From the NCBI RefSeq assembly GCF_003918875.1, contig NW_025767226.1:372001-436000 (forward strand): DNA of 64,000 bases, in the 5' to 3' direction. Origin of the DNA: Haliotis rubra. Taxonomy: Eukaryota. This document shows, piece by piece, positions 1 to 10,486 of this stretch. The notes below the pieces were generated by a model. It was not told the origin of the DNA. It made no database searches and saw nothing but the letters and a program-made list of their open reading frames with translations. Each line of letters opens with the position of its first letter. The first letter of the stretch is position 1. Both the position numbers and the translations under genes were made by a program.

Positions 1-280
1 CAGTTTCTTTAGCCTTCTGATTTAAACTTAGTATTATTTACCAGTTGAAGGCCTCCAGAAATGTAGTGTCTTCTGCTCTTTGAATATCAGGTAAAGCTAT
101 CAATGATGACAAGTTTGGTATTCAATTTGAAGAAAACAACGCTGTAAAATTCACTGCATCATAGTTGAAAGACAGGGAAATGGATTCTTTCTTTTTGTCT
201 GTGTAATTATTTCAACTTTCATCAAAATCTTTATAAGAAAACATGGCTAAAAATGGCCGTGTGCTCACTCTTTTATTCAC

Positions 281-496
281 AATGTTGGGCCAACGGTGGC
301 CCAACTTTGTGAAATAGATGTAAGATCAGGGAAAATAGGCAGAGTTTTTCAAATGTTGGCCCACTGTTGGACCAACGTGTCAAAAGCCACCGTTACTTTT
401 AAGTCATTAAGATAACGTTGGGCCAATGTTGTCAAACTGTTGGCCAACCAACTAACCATATACCAACATTGGCCCAACACACCTTTGCTATCTGGG
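281..496. mobile_element. Right end of a non-autonomous CMC/EnSpm-like DNA transposon
   Basis: Ends in ...GCTATCTGGG (CCCAGATAGC on -), preceded by clustered palindromic subterminal repeats (GTTGGGCCAAC / GTTGGCCCAAC variants). The other end was not found. Confidence 0.5.
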
Positions 497-2266
497 TAAC
501 TGCTATCTAACTACTAAGTGAAATCTTATTCTGCATTTGCTGTAAAGACATTAACACATCATTTGCTGTGGTATGATATAAATTCTTTACCTTTAATTCC
601 ATTAATATTGGCCTCAAAACCTTCATAAGCATCTTCTGATGTTTTGTTTACAGAATTATGGGAGGGTCTCTTATTCACTGAATAAAACAGGTTTGGGCGA
701 TCACATGATGCTTATACTAAGTAGTAATTAGGACAAAACCTGAGGTGTTTTACTATGCATTTTTGTGTTGTTTTGTAGCTGTTGTAGTCATTGCAACAAC
801 TTTTGTGTTTGGTAGAATTGCCATTAGCGTGTCAAGACACTGATAATCTGTGCGGAAGCTGTTGCCCCATGTATCCATGCAGTGAGCCTCATCAACAATC
901 ATGTGAGATATCTGCCTCCGATACTTCATTTTTTTCAGATCACAGAGAAACCCCTTCTGTAATAACTGCTCAGGGTGTCCAAGAATATATGTTGGAGCTT
1001 TTGTCTCCCATGTGGTCTAGCAAAATGTGTATGCACCTTTCAGCCTAAAAGTTCACTTTTTCGTTGATGATTGCATTCAAGGGACTCACGACGAGAATTG
1101 ATGTTGTTTCTAAATCTACGGAAAAACGAATTATGGCACATTTTAGAGCATTAACTGTACCCAGCTTGTCTCCAATGTTCATCATGATTTCAATAAATCT
1201 ATGATCACTTGGGTATATAAATGGAAAAAAAAAATATTGTGATATGCGAGACGGGGCCAAGCTTATGGTTCTAGTGTCTTGATGCACAGGCTACTGTTTT
1301 AATCCATCAGTTGCCTGGTCGTCATCACCTGGTTTAATCCATCATGTGGTCAGTTCCACACTGTGATGACGTTGCAGTTTGAAAAAAACGTTTACATAGT
1401 ACAAAGAGTGTTACCACGTAACTAAATTGTACAACATTCAACGTGAGTCGGTCGTCTTTCAAGAGTATCGTTCTTCACAATAACTAAAACGTTTAAGCAT
1501 TACAGCTAGCTTGCAATCGGTGAATGTGTCGGCATACTACGTTTGTACATAAATTGTAAATATATGTCCCACCTCTTCCACTTTCCCACCTATCGATCCC
1601 ATATCCAAATACATCACGAAGAAAATACACACAGTTAAGGTCAAAGTGAATTTTCAGCAATATTGCAGAGTGTTTATAAAATCACGTCACACGTACTCTA
1701 ACACGAATCCCTGAATTCCTCATACAGTTCAAAATAAAATGACACCAATACCAAGTGTTTCAGTAAAATCTAACGAAATGTAACAGATGCCGCGCTGGGA
1801 AAGGACCACTTGTATTATTATATTGTTTGAAATGTAAACAAAGTCGAACTCAGATTTCACTCTGTGTATCTGTTTGCCTACTTTTGTTTCATACACTTGC
1901 TCATTAGTTTTAGACCATGCATGGGAAAGGTATTGTGGCAAGCGATAGTTAAATAAAAGAGGTGTATTCCAATGATTTCCGAGATTCATCACAAAATATT
2001 ATATACTGAGTCAATGATGATACAATACTGATGATACATCTATGTATCCGAAATGGGATCCCTATCTTTCGACTCTAGAAAAACTTTAGCAAAACCCACT
2101 CAAACCCGTCCATTCGTCGTGCAAATGACGTTAGTGCCAAATCAGGTTTTGCACGTGCAGTCGATCACGTGATCTTCGCATAGAAGTTTTCTTTATATGC
2201 ACGTGTTTGCATTGGCCTCAAAACTTGAAAAAACACTTTTAAACCACAGTTCTAACAGTACTTGAA

Positions 2267-3070
2267 ATGCCACGATTGTCAAATGTGCAACGTGAACGGC
2301 GTTGGCATGTTGCAAGCGGGAAGATCAGTTATTGATGTCGCAAGAGCAATGGGATGCAGCCGTCGTACTGTGTATGACTTGTGAGGTCGTCTACAACAAA
2401 CTGGCACCACTTCTGATCGCCCAAGGTCGGGTCGTCCACGTGTGACGTCACGAGCAGAAGACCGTCAAATCGTCCTACGTCACCTACGTGACAGATTTCT
2501 GCCGGCTACACGAACCAGGGCTAAGATGTTTAGAGGTCGACTGTCCTCACAGACCATTCGAAATCGGTTGCGGGCTGCCAATCTCCATTCTCGACGTCCA
2601 TATCGTGGGCCAATATTCATCAACGTAAACGTCTGCTGTGGGCCCAACGTCACCTCCGATGGACCCAGAGAGACTTGAATCGAGTCGTCTTTAGCGATGA
2701 ATCCAGGTGTACCCTCAGATTCGCGGACGGCAGGCATAGAGTCTGGAGACGACGTCGTGAACGGTATGCCCAATGTTGTGTACAGAAAGTCGACAGATTC
2801 GGGGGCGGAAGTTGCATGGTGGTGGGTGCTTTCTGTGGAAACAACCGTTCCCGACTTCTGGTCATCCATGGAAACCTCACAGCTTCTGCTTACCGCGACC
2901 AGGTGCTCACCCCAGAACTCATTCCTTTCATGGCGGCTCATGGCCCAGGTCTACAGTTCCAGCATGATAATGCTCGGCCGCATACGGCGATGTTGACACG
3001 AAATTTCCTTCAAAACGCTGGAATCAACGTCATGGACTTGCCATCGAGGTCCCCTGACCTTAATCCAATA
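2267..3070 (+). pseudogene. Tc1/mariner (DD34E-type) transposase, frameshifted and 3'-truncated
   Basis: MPRLSNVQRER..GMLQAG HTH start, RPRSGRPRVT AT-hook/linker, FSDESR, GGGS.MV, QHDNARPH and PSRSPDLNPI, cut just before the catalytic E. Has an in-frame stop and frameshifts. Confidence 0.93.
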
Positions 3071-3144
3071 GGGTGGGGAAGAGCATGTATGACAACCATG
3101 TATAACAGTATGTTTGGGATTGTCATACATGCTCTTCCCCACCC
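3071..3144. repeat. Perfect 25-bp inverted repeat with 24-nt loop
   Basis: GGGTGGGGAAGAGCATGTATGACAA (3071-3095) / TTGTCATACATGCTCTTCCCCACCC (3120-3144). Confidence 0.95.
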
Positions 3145-3632
3145 CAATGACAAATTAAACTTAAAAGGGGTGTATTTGTACCAAAATATACTCAGCCAAT
3201 GATCTATCTAACATCCAGGCATTCTGAATGACCTGATCTCTAAGCGCATTGACAAACTGTGGTTTTAAAACAATTGCTATGATAGGCATGTAACACGGTT
3301 AAATTCTATCATTTTTTTTATTAGGACACAGGCAATCTTCCCTTAAATAACCTATTGATGTCTTGTCGAATCTCCTCAACATCTTGAAACATTAACATGA
3401 ACCTTAAGAACTCGTAAGGTTTCAACACGTACCTAGGCATAATAATTCTAGAAAACAAGCAGTTATTCCTATTGTGGTTTGCATTTCAATGAGATTAGTA
3501 TTTGAGTAAACCTGTATTTATGCATCGACAAAACACAATACATAGACAACCAATGCAGATATATACTCTTAACATTGATTTATTACAAATAACAGTTTCA
3601 CAAAGTATGCAGTATTCTACATCACACTTTTG

Positions 3633-3975
3633 TTACGAATTCACATGACTAACCCAGCGGGTCACGTAAATCTGAGGTATTCCTACCAGGGCCAAATACG
3701 GACAGTCTGGAGACCATTTTTCCTGTTCATCCCAGGGATCATCATCTACTTCCCAATTCTTGAGAACGAGCCCACATTGGAAACACCTGCAAGCATCCCC
3801 TTTGATTAAGTACACAAATCCTGTCTGGGCCATTTGGCTTGGGCTCTGTTTCATCTGCACTGGCCAAGACTGAAAGGAATGGAGTCTTTTCGTGAATGAA
3901 GTCCATTCAGTCTTGACTGCACAGCAATTGGCAACGACAGTCTTGTCGAATGGTTAATGTCAACACACATCCATG
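3633..3975 (-). pseudogene. Single BIR (IAP repeat) domain gene, degenerate
   Basis: KRLHSFQSWP...MAQTGFVY...DACRCFQCGLVLKNWEVDDDPWDEQEKWSPDCPYL. The Zn-binding His is replaced by Gln, and there are stops upstream. Confidence 0.88.
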
Positions 3976-4033
3976 ATATCCCAGACCAATGGTACCACGT
4001 CCGCACAGGACAGTGTCTAAGCCAAGAATGGCT

Positions 4034-4676
4034 TTACACCCAGTGACTGTAGTCACTAGGATTACAGAAGGAACACATAAGGTACTCTATCCGATTCTGT
4101 TGGTCTTCCTGTAACAAACACGGTACCATGCCCTTCAGTTCTGGCACAAAGTCAGGTAATGCCTGGACACAGTCTCTCAGTTTCTTCCACTGATTCATGG
4201 ACAGTAAGATACCTTTGGCAGTAGGTACGACTTAACCACTTAAATATTCCTTTTCCCACTGTCTGAGATCCACACCATTGTCATCCAGTATAGCATACAT
4301 GTTCCCTCAAACATGTGCATATGAGCCAAAGTTACCGGATTTCATAGCCTCCTCTAACTGATTGAACACACGGGAAAGTTCCAACCAGTGCTTTAGTGTT
4401 AACATAATGCCTCTTTTGGTGGGATGAGACTTGCCACTCGAGTACACATCATACTTGCTGATGTGAATGTTTACTGCATCTTTCCATGACTGCTATCACA
4501 AACACATTTTCACCAAGATCCAGATGACAGCGAGGGTCCTGTAACTCTGTCTTATCATCCTTCCTCCGTCCACTGAATACGATCGCTTGTACAAATTGTT
4601 CAAAGGCGTGGGGTCCACATCTTGGTAAGGTCAACAGTAAGGTTCCGTTGTGGTCTATTTTAGTGTCTTGATTTTC
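4034..4676 (-). pseudogene. Tandem PC4/Sub1 (p15) ssDNA-binding domain protein with C-terminal Cys cluster, degenerate
   Basis: Manual translation: LDLGENVFVIA/SWKDAVNIHISKY..HPTKRGIMLTLKHWLEL and GNMYA..GVDLRQW..VPTAKGILLSMNQWKKL, ending C..EDQQN...CSFCNP. One frameshift and two stops. Acceptor-like TTCTTTGTAG at ~4677. Confidence 0.8.
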
Positions 4677-5199
4677 CTACAAAGAATACAATGCATGCTG
4701 TTAAATTATGAACATTCGTGGAAAACACACAGAATACATGTATCTAAAGTACTGTCGGAAATAGAAAAAAACTGTTTTTAGGCTGTTACTCTGTATCCCT
4801 AAAATTGACACAATTGCAAATAGCATATGTCGAAATAACCCATTTCGGCCTAACTGGGCGTTCAGTGGGATGCGTAATACGAAATCCAGAAAAGCATGTT
4901 TACACGTAAAATCGGGCAAAACTTGTAAAAATACGAATAGCTGCTGAAAACAATAGATCAGACTATAGATGGCAATTAGGTCGCTCAGCCAGAGGCGTGT
5001 TCAGAACCGCGAGCGCCCGCGCGATTGGCTCCCGCGAGCGCTCGCATCAGCCCTGAACGGACGCGAGCGCTTGGTTACAATAAGCCATTCGTGACCAACT
5101 CGTGTTGTTCCGGGACAAGCCGAATAGCGGAGTCCATATGTTTACGGAAGTGACGTCACGAACCACGCTCACTCGTGTTCCGGTAGGCAGAAAGCAACA

Positions 5200-6253
5200 A
5201 TGGCTGACGATAACAATGCGAACCGGTGTAGCGTAAAAAAGCAAACAATGGTCGGATTATGTACTGAACATGCCTGTTGAGGCACGCGAACGATACGAGA
5301 CAAAGCTGAAGTATCGGCAGGGCACTTGCTCTTTGCCTGACCCGTATTGTTTGCGAAACGGCTGGGTGGATGATCCGACAACATGGCCAGGCATTTCTTT
5401 CACGGATATATATTTCTATCTGATAGACACACCAGGTCAGTTCACCCACGAATCTATGAGGGCCTTCAAGTCACTGAAAGCATATGAATATGTGGAAAGT
5501 GGACACGTTTATCCCATACAGTACCACAAAGTCGATGATAAGTCACCTCTGTGTTTGATGAGAACAAAGGTTATTCCTTCTCAGCGCCTACGTGAGAAAC
5601 CACACCAGCCATGGGTCTGCATCGACAAGGCAGATGGAACAGTGTACTGTGCACATTGCACATGTATGGCAGGGTATGTAATTATATCTGATACGAAATA
5701 ATAAATCATCTGCGTTTATTTTTTATAGTTTAATTTTAACTGTATTTAAAAACCTGTTAACTATCTATTTGTTATAATAATAATACCAAAATAATGATTT
5801 TTAAAGCAAATATGTAAAAAAGCTATTTGTCACATTTTTATATATTATCATAATTTTTCAGACTAGGGGAGGTTTGCAGTCACATAGCAGCACTGCTGTT
5901 TAAGGTGGATATGGCAGTGCGAGCTGGACTTACATCAAAGGCATGCACAAGTGATGCCTGCAAGTGGAATTCTGCTTATAGAAAAGAGGTGTGTACAAAT
6001 TGAAGCAGTATGCATTCCTATGAACGAAGATGTAAGCTATTACAAGAAGGATAATATTAAATAGTATTTAATAAATACCATACAATACTTTTGCATTATC
6101 ATATCATATCTTTATCCATATTAATCTGTATCGTATGTTCAGATTACCTGGATATGTAGATGTATATACTATGATATTTGCTATGTTTATATGATGTTCC
6201 CTGTATAACTTGTAAATATGTTTGGTGTCTGTTCTAGACATTCACTGTAATAT

Positions 6254-6285
<32 letters not shown>

Positions 6286-7495
6286 TGTTTTTTCAGCTTC
6301 ATCCAGTCCCGATATGTGAGGTACAGTCTCTTTTTGGACGGAAAAAAACAGTGGAGACTGTGTCAGCTAATGGTCGAGCACCACTTCCTGATATAGAAAC
6401 CCTACGGTCACTGAAAGCTGTCTGCCCTGATGCCGTGTTTTTCAAGACCATACCCCCACTGGATGAAGAAGAAACAGACAGTGCGGATGAACATGAGGAT
6501 ATGCAGTCATTCCCACCTTCACTTACAAGTCTAAAATGTAATCCTGATGACTTGAAAAATGAAGACAAATTGGTTTGCCTTTGTAAAGAAAAATGGAACC
6601 AGTATCACTGTGAGCCTGACCAAATACAAAATCTGGAAGAAGTTACTAGAAATCAATCAATTAGTCCGTTGTGGTATGAACACAGGAAAGGCCGCATCAC
6701 AGGGACTAAAGCTCATGCCGTCCTGGTTATGAAAGACACCACGGATCCCACCAACACGGTCAACAGTATTATGGGATATAACACCAAAGACCTTACTAAA
6801 ATTAATGCAGTTGCATGGGGCATAGACAATGAAGACAAGGCTCGCAAATGCTACTCAAAACATCAGTCAGGACACCATAGAGACTTTAAATGTAGGTCTG
6901 CTGGAATATTGATCAGTTCCACTAAGCCATATATTGGCGCGTCCAGTGATGGAATTGTTACCTGTGATTGTTGTGGGAAAGGCTGTCTTGAAGTCAAATG
7001 TCCATACAAGCACAGAGACTCGGATATCACCACTGCAACTAAGGATCAAGGCTTCTGTTTGGATGATAACTTCATGTTGAAGAAAGGACATAAATATTAC
7101 ACTCAGGTTCAATTGCAAATGTATGTGCATGATGTCAGTTACTGTGATTTTGTTGTTTACACCAATATAGACATGGTGATTGCAAGAATACCTCGGGACA
7201 TTGATTTTTGTGCCAAGATAGTGTCCAAATGTGAAAATTTCTTTTTTAAACATGTTCTTCCCGAACTCGTTTCTCGCAGAATTGAGAATTCCAGGCCAAA
7301 TATGGATTGTGACACTAATACAGAGGAAGTTGTTTGGTGAACAATGTTTGGTGTTTGTGTCAGCAAGAAGAGTATGGACTAATGATCATGTGTGAGGGTG
7401 TTAACTGTTCGTACACATGGTTCCACTATCCTTGTGTGAGCATCCGTCGAAAACCAAAAGGATCCTGGTTTTGCCCAAGCTGTGTTATGGGTTGA
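5200..7495 (+). CDS. SWIM zinc finger + YqaJ/lambda-exonuclease + PHD finger accessory protein; exons 5200-5673, 5862-5988, 6297-7495; two lesions
   Basis: GT-AG splicing joins CAHCTCMAG|LGEVCSH (SWIM). TRNQS..W..HRKGRITGT, WG.DNE, GASSDG, LEVKCP and YYTQVQLQM mark a PD-(D/E)XK lambda exonuclease. The C-terminal PHD is separated by a 14-bp insertion at 7340-7353. One extra A in the run at 5235-5240. Confidence 0.88.
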
Positions 7496-7794
7496 AACAT
7501 GAACTCAAATTGAATATTGAATACACAATGTATTTCATCTACAAAATGTATTCAACCTACAAAAATACATGCGTCCATGAAATCATTTGTACAGCTCATG
7601 TCCTCTTAATATCATACAACTGTAACTCGATGCATATGTCACTTTATCCAGAATGTTTGTGAAATCCATTATATTTATTGTTGTCAAATTATTATATTTC
7701 AATTATTAAGTGTCATGTTTCGCAAATTACAATATCACAGTATGAGAATATTTTGACATATATATTTGAACACATATCCTTGTCTGGCATTCTT

Positions 7795-7955
7795 GGGGCG
7801 GTGGGGTAGCCTAATGGTTAAAGTGTTGGCTCGTCACGCCGAAGACCCGGGTTCGAATCCCCACATGGGTACAATGTGTGAAGTCCATTTCTGGTGTCCC
7901 CCGCCGTGATGTTGCTGGAATATTGCTAAAAGCGGCGTAAAACCAAACTCAGTCA
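7795..7955 (+). mobile_element. tRNA(Asp-like)-headed SINE, family 1
   Basis: A box TAGCCTAATGG, B box GGTTCGAATCC, (CAGT)n tail. 13-bp TSD GTCTGGCATTCTT at 7782-7794 and 7956-7968. Confidence 0.93.
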
Positions 7956-7969
7956 GTCTGGCATTCTTC

Positions 7970-10486
7970 TCATTCCACAAGGTGTGGAAGTAGATTGGTG
8001 ATGGCACTGCAGATTGAGACTATGTTATCAGTGTGGGGCACAGTGTTGATGTTCATTGTGGTACTTATAATTTTAAAGTTTTTCAGTCTTTCAATGGCCC
8101 TCTCAACATGTATTCTCACTCTTGATAGTCTCCGTCCAGTTTCAATCTCTTTCGGGCTAAGTTGTGATTTCCCCTTTGTAAATGCTGGAATAGCAAGCTG
8201 TGCTCCACATGCAGATAGTTCATCCGAAATCAAAAATCCACGGTCCGCTAAAACCAAATCACCATGCTCCAATAGCTGCAAAAATCCAGATCGCTGTGTT
8301 ATCACCTTGTCGGATACCCTGCCACCAAATGCCCTTGACACAAAAGCAATTGTTCCATTTGGGCATATGCCTACAAGAATCTTGACAGTGTTGTGGCTCT
8401 TGTAGTTTGACCAGGTCATTGCCCGGGCTGTAAAATTACCGGGTCTCTCCACAAAAATTTCAAAACAGTCAATGATAACCCTACATTTTTTATAACAGTC
8501 TTTAATTACCTTGGGCATAAACTTAACAATTTCTTCTTTCTCTGGCCAGTGAACTAAGAAGCACAACTTCTTTGCTAGGGGAGGCAGGGCACTGTTCATG
8601 AGATGGCTCACATGTTGTTTGGAAACTCCAAATCTGTAGGCCAGGTCCTGATTGACTAATCCCAGTCGTAGCTTCATCAACACAAGCATCATGACACTGG
8701 CAGGACTGAGCTGCATTGATGTGGGTAGCACAGAAGCACACAACTGAACCAGCCACAGAAACATTGCATGGTTTTTTAAGCCAGTGTAAAAAACAGTTCT
8801 TGCATCCCTCTTGTCACCTGCAAGAAATGAATCGCCAAACTTATTCTTTTCAAGTTTTTGTCTTGTCTCTCTCAACTCCTTCTGTAAAGTTTCCACTTCT
8901 TGAAGCAGCTGTTTGTTCTCCGCTTTTAGTGTCAGGATCTTCTGAAGACACGGGTCATGGATATCTGCTGAGAGAAAATTATTTGAGTGAAAATACTGTT
9001 GAAGTTACATACCGGTAATTGGGAGTGTTAGGCTCAAATAATATTTTGCAGCTGTCTACCATAACTGTATCTGGAAGGTTTTGTAACCACCCTGTAGCAT
9101 AGATCAAAGCTACTTTTGTATGTGTTTTTATAAGAAGGAATAGTTGTAATGAAATGGAAATTCAATGCCATTTAGAGATTCTTTAAACTGTAGAGGCATG
9201 TGTTGTTGTAGTTGACAAGGAAGGTTTGGAGTAGTGTTTATTTAACATTTATGACTGGCAGGTGAGGCAGATTAGTGACCTTTCCTGATTATGGCATGGA
9301 CTGAGTGACAATATGTAACTAAGCAAACAGGATGTGATGGATTATTTTTCTGCATTGTATTGTTTGAAAATGTGTGGAAGTGAATAAAACAAACATGCCT
9401 CCTTACAAGTTTGTGTTTTGTGTTTGTTGTTGGTTTGCATAAAGAAATGCAAAACAAACACTTGAGTTTTTGCATTACATCCCTGCTTGAAAAACTTACG
9501 GTATCGGGTTAAAGTGAGGTATGAAGTCTGGATTGTGAATATGGTACTTTCCACAAATGATTTAACAAAATAAAGGTTGTGTTCTTGTCTCATTATACAT
9601 CCCAAACTACTCACTTACATAATTCAGAATGCTTAGTTATAGCATACATATTAGCTATTGTAATTATATTGTCTTTTTCCTGGAATACCTTTGTTTGGTG
9701 AGAGTTCATTTTCTTTTTCCTCCTCTACTGGGGCGCTGCTCTTGTTAAGTGACATTTCCATGAGAATGGAAGCAACATCTTCTTTTTCGCGAAGGTCCAT
9801 TTCCTTTCTCCCCTTTTCATCAACCCGCCTTTGAGCCCTTAGAAATCTTTGCTTTTTTGCTTCAGGGGTGGCCAGTGATGTGGACTGATATCCCATATTA
9901 AGATGTGGGACAAAGTCAGGATCATTCTTGTCAGAGCTTGCAGATCCTATGTACAATAAACAATGCAAAATATGATACATACTTTAATAAATAATGATCT
10001 GATATTTAAAAGAGTTATGGTATTTTGAATTGCTCAGTTATCTGTGGAATTTGAGGCATTTAAAAACATAGTTATTTTGCGCCAAATTAAAGTGAATAAA
10101 TTTCATCATTTCTACATATTTGACATATTAATACTGCAATTTACTTGGTAAACAGTTTAACGCAGGACTTTAATTACAAACATGTGTAGCTTGTGACAGT
10201 TTTGGTGATCGAAAACAGGACAATTATAAGTGATATATTTAGTTGTTCAGGTAATCACCGTGGAACTTCTTAAAAGTGTAGATATAGATTTAGTATTAAT
10301 CATACCTGAAATGAAGTGATCCCCGCATACGCGATCTCCATTGTGCTCCGGGGTCCAGCCTTTCCGATTGATTGCCTGTAGCCACTTCTGTCGTCTGCAA
10401 GTTTCAGTCGGTACGCGATGAAATTTCACGCCTGAACCTTTCTTGAAACGATTCGCGCAGCCCACTACCACACAAGAAATGACCAT
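7970..10486 (-). CDS. THAP + HTH + DDE_Tnp_4 (Harbinger/ISL2EU) transposase, ~478 aa; exons 10486-10306, 9946-9689, 8967(or 8964)-7970
   Basis: THAP MVISCVVVGC..FHRVP..W...RVCGDHF..DFVP; HTH LMKLRLGLVNQDLAYRFGVS; catalytic IIDCFE, LADRGF, RIHVERAI. Phase-1 GT-AG junctions give an open frame. Confidence 0.92.

Noticed and set aside
6297-7340. Phage or bacterial origin (contamination or HGT) of the YqaJ exonuclease
   Set aside because: The gene has spliceosomal introns, SWIM and PHD fusions, and lies within eukaryotic transposon ends.
7795-7865. tRNA-Asp genes at SINE heads (also 13250, 33803, 52656)
   Set aside because: Each continues into a shared SINE body and tail, most with clear TSDs; they are not standalone tRNAs.
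7970-8896. Domesticated HARBI1 or THAP host gene
   Set aside because: Intact transposon ends, TSD and partner gene indicate a mobile element, so no gene symbol was assigned.
7995-9018. Plus-strand ORFs 7995-8405, 8200-8385, 8716-9018
   Set aside because: Antisense shadows of the transposase exon.
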